64,000 nt of DNA from Eledone cirrhosa (Eukaryota): assembly GCA_964016885.1 (NCBI GenBank), contig OZ024756.1, forward strand, positions 18,600,001 to 18,664,000. The letters are read 5' to 3'. Below, piece by piece: positions 1-15,335 of the stretch. Below the pieces are notes generated by a model that did not search any database, was not told the DNA's origin, and worked only from the letters and a program-made list of their open reading frames with translations. The translations under genes and the position numbers were made by a program. How positions within the stretch are numbered: the stretch's first letter is position 1; every line of letters begins with the position of its first letter.

Positions 1-365
1 TATCATCCAAGAGTGGGGAACAGAATCGAAAGCTTTCCTGTAGTCCAGCCAGACTGTAGCCATATTCCTCTTAAATTGTCGCACCTCCGACATCGCAGTT
101 TTGTTGATTAGGAGTTGTTCAGCACACCCCCAAATCCCTTTCTTTCCAGCTGCTTGTTCATCTGTGATGATGTTATTATTTTCAGTGATCTTGGAAGCAG
201 GCTGTATACATCTTATACATCAGGTTCTGGCATGCAATGGATCGGTAGTTTTTTGTCAGGTGGGTGTCTTTATTTTTGGGGACCAGTATTGTTTGTGCTA
301 ATGTCAACCATTCTGGTATAAGTGTATCTCCCTTGAGAACTTGTTGGTAGAGGTTGTTAAGATAC
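1..365 (-). mobile_element. Frameshifted reverse transcriptase fragment of an R4/Dong-like non-LTR retrotransposon, running off the window edge
   Basis: The minus strand reads IPEWLTLAQTILVPKNKDTHLTKNYRSIACQNLMYKMYTAC. After a frameshift near 182 it reads NNNIITDEQAAGKKGIWGCAEQLLINK...MATVWLDYRKAFDSVPHSWMI, i.e. the early RT motifs, with R4/Dong-like wording. Confidence 0.8.
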
Positions 366-584
366 ATCCGATATATATGGGTATATATGTAAAATATCGA
401 CCGCCTTTTCAAGCCTGTAGTCGGAACTGCTTGACGTCGCGGTCGGGATTATATATATATATATATTCTTTTTTTATCTAAAGACATTTTTTCCAATTCC
501 AACCCGCCCGTCCCCTCAATCTATCTTATTTCTCATATATATATATGTAAAATACCCATTTGTGCGCACACACGCGCACGCACA

Positions 585-770
<186 letters not shown>

Positions 771-1052
771 ATTCACAAGAATCAAAGCTATGTTCAAAAC
801 ATTTATTCACTTACAATTGTTTTATCCAAACCTAGGCTTGGGGTCTTCGGAGCATTTTTCAATGTTTGTACACATAATTGACCTCCTTTCCAACGCAAGA
901 GACATACAGATACATATATATATATATTGATGTACAGTGGAATGACATATATTATACTATATTATTTCTGTATAGCAATTCAAATTCAAAATCAAAATCA
1001 AAATTAAATTTAAAACAAAATTAAAATACATTCGGCAGTTAACACAGATAAT

Positions 1053-2235
1053 AATAAACCTAGATCAATATTAAACTCTATCTCTAAGGGAATATCCAAT
1101 AGAATCTCTAATCTATCTTATGACGAAAACATATTTAGCAAAAACTCACAATATTATAATCAGGCATTAGCTAGATCAGGCCATAATAATGAGATCGAGT
1201 TCCTACCTACAAAAACACATAGTTACAACATTATTTCGCACAATATGTCCATGAGGAAAAATAGTAATAAGAATAATAACCACACACACACTAGTACGAA
1301 GGGTGGAAACAAACGTAACCCACACCAGGGAGGTCACCAAAATACTATAAACGGAAGCATCTCACCAGACATAAAAAACAAAAATAGAAGAAGAAATAAT
1401 ACTTTTTTCAACCCCCCTTTCAATCTAAACGTCTCTACCAACCTACCTAAGGCTTTCTTCTCATTCCTGGATAAAAACTTCCCATCTGGCCACAAGTACC
1501 ATAGCCTTATAAACAAAAACACCATTAAAATCTCCTACTCTACCACGCCTAACATAGCATACCACATAGCTAGTAGCAATAAAAGAAAAATTAATACTTG
1601 CTTCCAACAAACTAAAACACGGCAGGGGGTAAACCTTCAAAACAACGTTATATCTGCAAACCCTGATATCAATAGTAATAATAGTAATAGCACTTGTGAG
1701 ATCAATAACGCTGGGAGCGACAACCCCCATAGCCATAATGCAATACCTAGCAACCAGACTTCTACACAACATAATAACCGGCAGGTTAACATCCAAAATA
1801 ATTGTAACTGTAGATCTAATAGAACCTGCCCTTTAGATAAAAACTGCTTAATCAAGGACATCATATACTCATGCACCGTCATAACTAGCAGCTCTTCTGA
1901 AACCTATATAGGCTCTACTTCGAACTGCTTCAAAACCAGATACAATTCACACCTCCATTCTTTCAAAAAACACACTTCACTATCTAGCTACATACACTAT
2001 CTAAAAACTAGAAATAGATCTTAAATAGATTCTAGAAATAGATTCTACACTTAAATGGGAAGTGATAGGTAAGGCATCGTACAAACCACCTAATAAATTC
2101 TGTAACCTCTGTCTACTAGAGACCCATACTATAATCTTCTCAAACCATAACCTCCTTAATAAAAAATCGGAAGTGTTTGCGTCGTGCCAGCACCGCTTCC
2201 GGCACTCCTTCCAAAACTTTAAACCCAATATATAA
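1053..2235 (+). pseudogene. PLE ORF remnant: RT thumb, linker and GIY-YIG endonuclease (one frameshift near 2020-2040)
   Basis: The frame is open from about 1053: KPRSILNSISKGISNRISNLS...YNQALARSGH; FFNPPFNLNVSTN; LDKNFP; NKNTIKISYS; CNCR...CPLDKNC; IIY...YIGST...FKTRYNSH. In a shifted frame it continues LKWEVIG...CNLCLLE...LLNKKSEVFASCQH to the stop at 2233-2235. Confidence 0.88.
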
Positions 2236-2643
2236 CAATGTCAGACTTGAACCTATCACCACTTCTAACACCACACCTCAAAGGCACACCTTACATCAAA
2301 ACTCCACACTCTCTGATCCACCCTATCTCGACACAAATCATTCCATCTATCTATAACTTTATACCCTAGAAATATCCCCATAAACACCTACTTTTAGTAT
2401 AATTACTTTCAATTACATATAATTATATAATGATACAATACAGTCTATATAAGCTTTAAATACCAGATTCGACAATGAATTATATATGCAATTGTATTTA
2501 TATGTACGGAGTGATAACATTGGATATATATAAGATTAATTAATTAACATAAGAGATCTGTCTAAACTATACATTGAGTGCAATGAATTATCTATGAATA
2601 GTATGTGAGTTATATATGCAAGTATAACTTGATGGATAAATTA

Positions 2644-2735
2644 ATTGTTTCTATTTTAGGCACAAGGCCAGCAATTACCCAGTACATTACTGGTACTTTA
2701 TTTTATCGACCCCGTAAGGATGAAAGGCAAAGTTA
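2644..2735 (-). mobile_element. 3' fragment of tRNA-derived SINE inserted in the PLE 3' region
   Basis: Matches the SINE tail ttgtttcta..ttaggcacaaggccagcaattacccagtacattactggtactttattttatcgaccccgtaaggatgaaaggcaaag seen many times in the window. Confidence 0.85.
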
Positions 2736-3812
2736 AATGACATTGTAAATGAGGGATGTATTTGTCGGCCCTAGAGATGTATTGGGCTTTGCCATGCAAA
2801 CAGCCGTACGCTGCTTCAGAACTTACCAGGGGTTATGTAGACATAATTCTAATAGGTCCTCTGATATGTTCTGAAAGTAGACTACATTTGCAGTGAACTT
2901 TGATATAAAGATATGGCTCTTTGTATGGAGTATTCAGTTGTAGCACTCTATGATAGGGAGTAATCATCCTAATATAGATACCTTTAATACATCATGATAG
3001 AGTAAACTGTATTTAAAATTGGAAACTGGATATAAATATATAACCGTCTATATAAGGGACTCAATTGAGGCGCCTTATAATGTATGCTAGAACAATAAAT
3101 TTAGTTATGGAAATCAGCTAGTTACCTCCCCTTACGCATTAACTCCCCTTAATTACACACATACTTCCGGATAATAAACCGCTGTAAATTCTCGCAGCAG
3201 AATCAACCTATTCTATAAATTTGGATTAAATAACACTGAGCCGCAATAAGCTAAAATAATTTAATTTAATGCATCAAACATCCAATACGGAATCATCGTT
3301 ACTTATGTGATGGATGTAAAAATTATACATTACTTTTACTGAATGTGAAAATGGTGGTGGATACGAAAACCATAACTTTCTTTTGCTTCTCCTTTTTATT
3401 TTTACTTTTCTGCACACATACTTTTTTATTATATACAAAAAATACCTTACCACTACAACCACCATAATACTCTTACTTACCCGCTTAAAGTGCTTGTATT
3501 ACATGTAACACCCTGCCACACAATAATCATATATAAATGAGACACACTTGCATGCCCCACGTGTAACTAACGCATACACTAACTACTACATCTGACTAAT
3601 AAACTATCCTCTTGCATTATCTGTGTTAACTGCCGAATGTATTTTAATTTTGTTTTAAATTTAATTTTGATTTTGATTTTGAATTTGAATTGCTATACAG
3701 AAATAATATAGTATAATATATGTCACTCCACTGTACATCAATATATATATATGTATCTGTATGTCTCTTGCGTTGGACAGGAGGTCAATTATGTGTACAA
3801 ACATTGAAAAAT

Positions 3813-3858
3813 GTTCCGAAGACCTCAAGCCTAGGTTTGGATGAAACAATTGTAAGTG
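3813..3858 (+). ncRNA. Degenerate type I hammerhead ribozyme in the PLE pseudo-LTR
   Basis: CCGAAGA (for CTGANGA), stem II caagcc/ggtttg, GAAAC-aatt-GTA. Mirrored in the inverted copy near 810-852. Confidence 0.5.
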
Positions 3859-4043
3859 AATAAATGCTTTGAACATAGCTTTGATTCTTGTGAATTCTAT
3901 ATAACTGCTCTGTAGAACAACTGATGTTATTACATTGAGCTATTTATCTTACTGGTAATAAATTACGGGCCTTCACTGTTTAGGGTTTAAAATATACATA
4001 ACTATAAAAAGTTTTAGTATATACATAACCATAAATAGTATTC

Positions 4044-4121
<78 letters not shown>

Positions 4122-4403
4122 ATTTTACACTTAGCTTCCTTCCTAACCTAGTAAAAAAAAAAAAATATTAGTCAACAGTAAAATTTCACTGAAACGTAGT
4201 TATTTGGAGCACGACAAGTTGGAGTGATCTGTTGTAGGTTATTTCATTGGAAAACCAGAAAGCTCAAACCTAGGTGTATTCGTTACTATGATGATATCAT
4301 TGTGGTTGCGTAGATCAATATACTCAGCTGATTGCTAGCTTCCAATTGTTATTGTGATATTATGAAACAACCAGGAAGCCGGATATAATGATTTTTACTA
4401 TCC

Positions 4404-4499
<96 letters not shown>

Positions 4500-5341
4500 C
4501 ACACATATATATCAATATTATAAATTATATATATGTATGTATATATATATGTGTGTGTGTTTGTGTGTACACAAGCATATGTATGTGTGTATGTATGTTA
4601 GTGTGTGTGTATATATGTGCCTCTGTGTGCGTGTGTGTGAAACCCCCCTCTCTCTCTCTGTACCTGTGTGTGTGTGTGTATGTGTAATTACGTCCGGTCA
4701 TATGACCTGCTATCATTAATATCTCTAAAAGAATGTTTTTCAGAATCATGTTTCACCTTTTACTGCCGGATCCATTGAACCAATTTCTCTTTAGAATTCC
4801 TCACCCGCAGCCCACCCCAATTTCCACAGCTTCTTGGTACTTTTCCATTCCCACTGGCTTCTTCCTATTATGACTTCCAAACATCTCTTTACCAAATTCT
4901 TTGAGTCACATTCTGGACTTTCCTTTGAAACATCAAAATATATTAATGTAATCATAACTTCCAACGCAGACACCAGAACATAATACTAATGCATAATATA
5001 CTTGTTGTTTTTGCTGTTGTTGCTGCTGTTGTGATTGTTGTGATTGTTGTTGTTTTTATTGCTGTTGTTGCTATTGTTCTTGTTGCTATTGTTGTTGTTG
5101 CTGCTGCTGTTGATTTTTTTTGTTGTTGTTGTTTAGATTCCAAGGCCATCTCGTATAAAGATGAGCTATGATGAAAAGCATTCCGATGATATTTTGTTAA
5201 TATTACTTTATTCAATGTAGAAAATTAGATACCATCATTTTAAAGTTGGTAGTTCGGTATGGATTTTTAAGAGAAATTTGGCTGTTATTTCTAGCAAGTC
5301 AGAGATCACCTAATATTCCCTTTCATTATTTTTGTTATTGT

Positions 5342-5545
5342 AGGCAGAATCGGTAGAGCGTCGGACAACATGCTTTGCAGCATAGAGTTACGGCCTTTTA
5401 GGTTCTGAGTTCAAATCCCACATAGGTTAGCTTTGCCTTTAATCCTTACGAGGTTGATAAAATAAAGCACCAGTCGATTTAATCGACCCCCCCCCCCCCC
5501 AAAAAAAAAATAAAAATTGCTGGTCTATAGTAGAAATCGTTATTT
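5342..5545 (+). mobile_element. tRNA-derived SINE
   Basis: A-box-like ggcagaatcggtaga, B-box gagttcaaatccc, body ctttgccttt..atccttacg.ggttgataaaataaag. Confidence 0.8.
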
Positions 5546-6054
5546 TTGTTATTGTAATTGTTGTTTTATCCCAGGTAACCCGTGATGAAGCAGTTTTTAT
5601 AATACTGGGAATGCAAATAATTGAAAATAAAAAGTTCTGCTGTCATAGGTATATTCGGAGAGAGAAGGGCGATGTAGTCTAGATATATTAGGGGATGAAT
5701 ATAGTTAGACATAATCTGGAATATATTTGGAATGATGAAAGGCGATGTAGTCTGACGAAGTTAGACTATTCTGGTATATATTTAGGGTGGGGGAAGTTAG
5801 TCGTAGTCTGGGGTATATATGGGGATGGGTGGGTGTTTGAAGTTAGAGGTAGTCTAACTTCAAACCCCCAATATATATATATATATTTGTGGTGGTGAAG
5901 TTAGACTATTCTGGGGTATATTTGGGGTGGGGAGGTTAGACGTAGTTTGGGATATATTTAGTGGGGTTAAGTTAGACTGTTCTGGGATATATTTGGTGGG
6001 GGTGAAGTTAGACTATTCTGAGGTATAATTGTGGTGGGGATGTTATACGTACAT

Positions 6055-6780
6055 AGAAGTTAGACATACTTAGAAGTGAGACGTACTTAGAAGTGAGACG
6101 TATTCAGAAGTTAGACATACTCAGAAGTTAGACGTACTCAGAAATTAGACTACTTAGAAGTTAGACGTACTCAGAAGTAAGACTTACTCAGAAGTTTGAC
6201 GTACTCAGAAATTAAACGCACTCAGAAGTTATACGTGCTTAGAAGTTAGACGTACTTAGAAGTTAGACGTACTTAGAAGTTAGACGTACTCAGAAGTAAG
6301 ACGCACTCAGAAGTTATACGTACTTAGAAGTAAGGCGTACTCGGAAGTTAGACGTACATAGAAGTTAGACTACCTACATTTTATACGTACTTAGTAGTTA
6401 GAGTTAGACGTACTCAGAAATTAGACGTACTCAGAAGGTAAACGTACTTAGAAGTTAGATATACTTAGAAGTTAGACGCACTCAGAAGTTAGACGGACTC
6501 AGAAGTTAGACGTACTCAGAAATGATATTACTTACAAGTTAGACGTACTTAGAAGTTAAACTACTTACAAGTTAGACAGACTCAGAAGTTAGATGTCCTT
6601 AGAAGTTAGACGTACTCAGATGTTAGACGTACTTAGTAATTAGATGTACTTAGAAGTGAGGCGTACTTAGTAGTTAGACGTACTCAGAAGTTAGGCGTAC
6701 TTAGTAGTTAGACGTACTTAGAAGTTAGACGCCTACCCAGAGGTTAGACGTATTTAGAAGTTAGACGTACTCAGAAGTTA
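6055..6780 (+). repeat. 17-bp minisatellite (AGAAGTTAGACGTACTY)n, preceded by a related degenerate repeat at about 5670-6050
   Basis: About 40 tandem copies visible directly. Confidence 0.92.
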
Positions 6781-6941
6781 TTATGTATTTTCCATTTTTT
6801 TTTGTAGATTATATGCATTGCACCAAAGTGGTTTTATTTCTATATATTATATTATAAAAAGACAAGTTTTTATACTTTCAGCTCAATAATTACAGGATAT
6901 TAACGCGTTTTTTAAACTCCATTTTCCATTTATATATATAT

Positions 6942-7249
<308 letters not shown>

Positions 7250-7414
7250 GAAGTAGTTAAAAGATGGTTAAAAAAGTTCCATATATTTTATTATGCGCAT
7301 TTCGAAAACAACATCATCGTGCTCAGAACACTCCCTGAAACATCAGTATTACATGTTGAGTGCTACTTATCTGATATATGCATAGTTTTATTGTTCTACA
7401 ATATTACTCACATG

Positions 7415-7466
<52 letters not shown>

Positions 7467-7642
7467 GTTTGTGTGTGTGCATAGATACATGCATAATACA
7501 CCAATGCACACATACAAGCATTTATATTCATACACATACATGCATATATATATATATATATATATAGACTTATATGTACACTTATGTATATACCCCTAAA
7601 CACACACACTCATGTTTATATATGTGTATATATGTATATATA

Positions 7643-7697
<55 letters not shown>

Positions 7698-8759
7698 TGT
7701 GATTGGACAGTTGTGTGTGTAGGTGTGTCTGGACCTACCTAACTACCTACCCATCTGGGTAGGTAGTTAGGTAGGTCCAGACAGGTTTTCTCCTTTAGTC
7801 ACATCTAGTTAACATGCAAAAAACACTGTCGTCTTGTTTCGCGTGTTTTTGTTGGCTTTTCATTTTTTATTTCCTATTTTCACATAGTTTTTTTTTCTTT
7901 CGTAGTTTTTGTAGCTATTGTCTTGCTCCCCCTCCTCCTACTCCGGCCACGCCTCCTCCTCTTTCTCCCCTCTCTTTCTCCCCCTCTTCCCCATCCTCAT
8001 TATCATTATCATCATCATTGTAGTTGCTGTGTAAATATCATCGACCCCATCATCATCATCGGGATCATCATCGTCATCATCATCATCATCATTATTATAA
8101 TCGTCGTCATTGTCGTGATAGTCGTCGTTATTATCGTCATTGTTTCCCTTGTTGTTGTTGTTGTTGTTGTTGTATTATTTTATTTAAAAATCTATGCATA
8201 TAGTATTCCATTTGTTGCTGTTGTCGTTTTCGTTGTCGTTGTTGTCGTCTTTTTTATTGTCGTCGTTGCCGTTTTTGACATCACTGTTTGTATCGTTGTT
8301 ATATGTATTTTATTTTAAAATATATAGAAATATTTTCCCATTCGTTTCAGTCGTCGCTTCCATTGCTGTTGTTGTTATTGTTGCTGTGGTCGTTGACATT
8401 GTTGTTGACGTCGTTGTTGTATGTATTTTATTTTCAGATATATATAAATATTTTCCCAGGCCCATATTTTCAAGCAATATTTCACATCACCAGTAATCAA
8501 GGTGTTTGAGATTTTTACAGACTGACACATGTCATCACGAAAAAAAAAAAGAAAATTAATATACAAACAAACCTCAACACAAAAAAATACCCACCAGAAA
8601 TAGCCTCAATCCTTCACTAAAAATACCCCCAGCCCTCCACTAAAGTTACCCCCAACCCTCCACTAAAAATACCACCACCCATCCACTAAAAAATTAAACA
8701 CGTAAATTACACAAAAAGCACACTAAAATGTAAATAAAATAAAATATGTTACAAAAATA

Positions 8760-8920
8760 ATTGTTTCTACTTTTGGCACAAGGCCAGCAATTACCCAGTA
8801 CATTACTGCTACTTTATTTTATCGACCCCGTAAGGATGAAAGGCAAAGTTAACCTTGGGTGGATTTTAACTCAGATCATAAAGGGCCAAAAGTCTTTGCT
8901 GCAAAGCATGGCGTCCGGCC
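8760..8920 (-). mobile_element. 5'-truncated tRNA-derived SINE
   Basis: Same family as 29105-29292. Confidence 0.8.
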
Positions 8921-10139
8921 CTAATAATAATGAAATTTATGGCAAAAAAAAAAAAAAAATAAATAAATAAAAGTAAATCTATGTGGAAAAAAAAAAAATG
9001 TCTGTGTGTATGTATGTATATGTGTGTGTGTATTTATATATATATATATATATATACGTGTGTGTGTATATACATATATTTATATATATGTGTGTGTGTG
9101 TATATGTATATGTGTGTGTATAAATAGACAAATAGATAGACACACAGACACATATATATATAGACAGATAGACAGGTACACAGTTAGATAGACAGACTGA
9201 CAGATAGACAAATAGACATGTAAATACGTTGAATGAAACGATTGTTAAAAACCGTTGTTAATGTTATTACTGTCATTATAATGGCTCCCACCTGCGCAAA
9301 TTGCATTTTATGGGCGGATAAAACACCTTTATTTTTTATTATGATGTTGGCTCTTTGCATTGTAAGCTAATCTGGCCCCCCACACCTTTTTCTCTTATTT
9401 ATAGTCTTTTGCAATGCTTCTTTTTTTTCTTTGTGTTTGACTAAATATTAAATTCTTTATTATCATATTTGTAGAGGGTCATGTCGTCCTAATACCTCAC
9501 TCAAAAAACCCACCAAAAACCTTGCAATACAAATACATCGCCGCTAAATTCTTTATTATTTTTAAATGAACAAATAAAGTACCCAATTGAAGGTGTGTGT
9601 GGCGTAGTGTATAGTGTGTTGGATACACGATCCTAAGTTGGAAGATTTGAGTCTTGGACTGAGGGGGTGTTGTATTCTCGAGTAAGAGGCTTCATTTCAC
9701 ATAGGAAACCAACTAAATTTGCATAAATCTGAGCTGTAACTTCCATTTGTTTCTTATCTTGGGTCGATTTAATAGACTTTCCTCTCCCCCAAATTGATGG
9801 CCATGTGCTTAAATTAGAAACTAAGTTTGTTTACATAAAAGTATTGCGTGTATGGACCCATAACTCCTGATTGAGTCGTAGGGGCGCCATATTGACATAC
9901 GGCGTTTCTAAAGCATTATTAAACTCTCCAGGTCTGAATACAGCAGATTTCTTCCAGAGAAGTATAGAGAGTGAGAGAATAGAAGTGAGAAAGAGATATA
10001 GAGGAAGAATCGACCCTAGTATTTGATTGGTACTTTTTTTTTCGGCGGGATTTGAACTCAGAGAACAGACGTTCTAACGACTCTGCCAATTTGACGCCCT
10101 ACACAAATGTATTACAACACCAATGATAGCAATCGCTAC

Positions 10140-11900
10140 TACTACAATAAGACACCACTAGACCCCAGCCATACCAGAATCCCTACTACCATCACCGACC
10201 ACCACCATCAACAATAATCAGAACCTCCACTACCACCACTGACCACCACTGTCAACACCAACAGCCACCACTCATCACCACCAGATACACATACACCCAC
10301 CACAACCATCAACAACCCTCCACCACTAACACCAATAACTATCAACCTTCACCAATCACCACAAACCTCAACCACTACCAACCCAAACCACTAACTACTC
10401 CAACCACCACAATCAAACCACCACCACCACCAACACCTCTCTAACCACCATCACCACCAGAAACAACACCACCACCACTAGCACCCCAAACACCCCAACC
10501 ATCACTACCACCACCACCACCACCACCATCACCAGAGCTCCACTAGCACCTTAACCATCACTACCACCAGCACCACTACCACCAGCACCACCAGCACCAC
10601 CACCAGCATCACCACCAGCACTAACAACACTACCACCACCACTAGCATCCCAACCACCACTAGCACCCAACCACCACTACCACCACCAGAACCACAACCA
10701 CCACCACCACCACTAGTAACACTACCACCACCACTAGCACCCCAACCACCACTAACACCAACACCACCACCACCATCACCACTAGCACCTTAACCACCAC
10801 CACAGATACTTCTGTCACAACAGCAGATGTTGTATTGTTAAATGACATAGTTATAATAACAATCACATGTCATCATGTATGGTTTGGGGGTGGGTGGGGA
10901 GTACTGACTGATGATGATGGTGATGATGGTGATGGTGAGGATGATGATGATAGTGGTGGTGATAGTGATGGTTGTGATGGTGGTGGTGGTGATGATAGTG
11001 ATGGTGGTAGTGGTGATAGTGATGGTTGTTATGGAAGTGATGGTGGTGGTGGTGATGATAGTGATGGTGGTGGTGGTGATGGAAGTGATAGTGGTGGTGG
11101 GTGATGGAAGTGATGGTGGTGGTGGTGGTGATGATGATGATAGTGGTGGTGATAGTGATGGTAGTGATGGTGATGGAAGTGATGGTGGTGGTGATGGTGA
11201 TGGTAGTGGTTGTGATGGAAGTGATGGTGGTAGTGATGATGATGCTGGTGATAGTGGTGGTGGTGGTGGTTGTGATGGAAGTGGTGGTGTGGTGGTGGTG
11301 ATGGTGATGGAAGTGATGGTGATGGAAATGATGGTGATGATGATTGTGGTGGTGCTGTTGGTTGTTTTGATGGTATTGATGGTGTTGGTGGTGGGTTGGT
11401 AGTGGAGTGGTGGTGGTTGATAGTTTTGATGGTAATGGTAGTGGCGATGGTGGTAGTTGAAGTTGGTGGTGGTGGTGTTGGTAGTGGTGGTTAGTGGTTT
11501 TGATGATAATGGTTCTGGTATTGCTGCTAGTGATGTTGCTGGTGGTGGTAGTTGGTGGTGGCGGTTGGTGGTTTTGATGATAATGGTACTGGTATTGGTG
11601 CTAGTGATGTTGCTGGTGGTGGTAGTTGGTGGTGGTGGTTGGTGGTTTTGATGATAATGGTACTGGTATTGGTGCTAGTGATGTTGCTGGTGGTGGTAGT
11701 TGGTGGTGGCGGTTGGTGGTTTTTATTGTCATGGTAGTGGTGGCGGTAGTCGATGGTGTTGGTGGTGTTAGTAGCGTCCGTGGTTGGTGGTTTTTATTGT
11801 AATGGTAGTGGTGGTGGTAGTTGATGGTGTTGGTAGCGGTGGCAGTTGGTGCTTTTGATGGTTATGGTAGTGGTGCTGGCGGTAGTTGGTGTTGTTGTGG
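10140..11900. repeat. Opposed degenerate trinucleotide arrays: (CAC/CAA)-rich at 10140-10800, then (GGT/GAT)-rich at 10905-11900
   Basis: Direct reading. Confidence 0.9.
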
Positions 11901-12160
11901 CTAGATATATTTATTACAGGCCGAGTCCATTGCAAGACATGGGGAGGTTTGAATCGAAGCTACGTGCCGTAAAAGAAACTTGGTTGAGTTCTCGTGCACT
12001 GGGATTGATCCTGTAATCAAATGATTGCGAGACAAACACCCTAACCACACGGCCTCCTTTTACACCACTAACATCCTAACCACACTGCGGCCATCTTAAA
12101 AACAGGCATCGGCGCCATCATATCATGTTTTCTTTTCCAGGATAAATCTGATTCGCTGCT

Positions 12161-13252
<1,092 letters not shown>

Positions 13253-13879
13253 TGTGTGTGTATGTGTTGTGGATGTATGTTTGTTGAACAAGTGTAAACT
13301 AGGTGTGATGAAAGCTATGAATTAGGTGATATCTGCATGGAAATTACCAACATGTCAACACATTTGTCCGACATTTACCAACAACACCCCTCCTTCCATG
13401 ACCACCTCACCTGACACACCACTGGCAATAATGAAAGGTCATAGTTATGACGTCTAATCTGTCGTCGCCACCGCCGTTATTATATAATTGCGAATGGTGG
13501 CGGATTGGTTAGGTTGTTTGGCACATCGGACAAAGGCTTAGCTTTATTTGTTCCTTATTTTCTTTTTACATTCTGAGTTCAAATCCCAGGGTCGATAAAA
13601 TAATATAACAGTCATATACTGAGGACGATCTCATCATCATCATCATCATTCTTCGACTACTGTCGAGATGATGGATCTCACTCTCATGCCCCAGAATTCC
13701 CTGTCCCCCATATAGTGTGGTTCCCTGAAGAACAGGAACCCTGGTGCAGTCAGTTGCGAAATCGATCATCTTTTCAAATAGCTAATAATGTGTGTGGGCG
13801 CCACTACTACACACATGAGGACGATCTAATTCACTTTCCCCTCTTCCCAAATGGCTGGCCTTGTGTCTATATTAGAAAT

Positions 13880-14470
13880 CATTTGTTCCGGTACTTAATG
13901 ATCTGAGTTCAAATCCCGCTGTCGTCAACTTTGCATTTCATTTTTCTGCGGTCGATAAAATAAAGTACCCGTCATGTACTGGGTCGAAATAATCAATTTA
14001 CCCTTCCTCCTAAATTGCTCGCCTTGTGCTTAAACTAGAAGGGCTATGATATAATTTAGTAGTGGTTGTGACGGGATCTGACTCATTGGTTATTGTGTTC
14101 GGCTGACCATCGTATGGTTTAATTCTTAACAGCACACTATATCCTTGAGCAAGACACTTTATTTCACATTGTGTCCTTGAGCAAGACACTTTATTTCATG
14201 TTATAATCTTGAGTAAGACATTCTATATCATGTTGTGTCCTTGAGAAAGAGAGTTTACTTCCCATTGTACAAGACAATTTCTTTCATGTATCCTTGAGTA
14301 AAACTTTATTTCACACTATATCTTTGAGCAAGACACTTTAGTTCACGTAGTATCCTTGAGCAAGACACTTTATTTCATGTTGAATCCTTGAGCAATCCAC
14401 TTTATTCCACTTGTGTCCTTGAACAAGACACTATTTCACGTTGTCCCAGTTTACTCAGCTGTCCCTATAA
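13880..14470 (+). mobile_element. SINE remnants, including an about 30-bp tandem array derived from a CORE-like SINE segment
   Basis: B-box gagttcaaatccc near 13905; repeated unit tccttgagcaagacactttatttca at 14140-14440, ending in gtttactcagctg. Confidence 0.7.
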
Positions 14471-14739
14471 TTCAAATGACCGCCCTTGTCACATTCAATG
14501 TTACACCGAATCTTCTCGAGAACTTCGCTAACGATACACGGGTCTGTAGAATGCCCACTCGTGAAATTAACCTGTATATGGCTGAGCCAAGTGTGTCATG
14601 ACTGCTTGTTTGGATTACAGGTGAACTCTCCATCCTACGGGCTTCCGAATTGTCTCCGTCAAGCTAGTTTCACCCACAAAGATTGGGTGGACTTCACGTT
14701 ATGGTGAATGATGTTTGCCTAAGCTATCGGCTTCAACAA

Positions 14740-15335
14740 CAACTATAACAACAACCACATCATAATTCACAACAACACACCAACGACAACAACAGCCATA
14801 ACAACTACATCACATCACACGTCACAACAACATACCAACAGACTTACAACTATAGCAACAACCACAACAACATACCAACAGACTAACAACTATAACAACA
14901 ACCACAACAACATACCAACAGACTTACAACTATAGCAACAACATACCAACAGACTTACAACTATAGCAACAACCACAACAACATACCAACAGACTAACAA
15001 CTATAACAACAACCACAACAACATACCAACAGACTTACAACTATAGCAACAACCACAACAACATACCAACAGACTTACAACTATAGCAACAACAACAACA
15101 TACCAACAGACTTACAACTATAGCAACAACCACAACAACATACCAACAGACTTACAACTATAGCAACAACATACCAACGACAACAACAGCCATAACAACT
15201 ACATCACACGTCACAACAACATACCAACAGACTTACAACTATAGCAACAACTACAACAACATACCAACAGACTAACAACTATAACAACAACCACAACAAC
15301 ATACCAACAGACTAACAACTATAACAACAACCACA
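14740..15335 (+). repeat. 40-bp ACA-rich minisatellite (CATACCAACAGACTTACAACTATAGCAACAACCACAACAA) with shorter variants
   Basis: Period 40 seen at 14831/14871/14911. Confidence 0.9.

Noticed and set aside
2470-2640. Possible SECIS elements (ATGA...AA...GA) in the PLE 3' region
   Set aside because: Helix pairing is weak by eye and there is no in-frame TGA in the surviving ORF.
4750-4990. Unique coding-like stretch on the minus strand (60-aa ORF)
   Set aside because: No recognisable motif in any frame; it may be a decayed transposon fragment.
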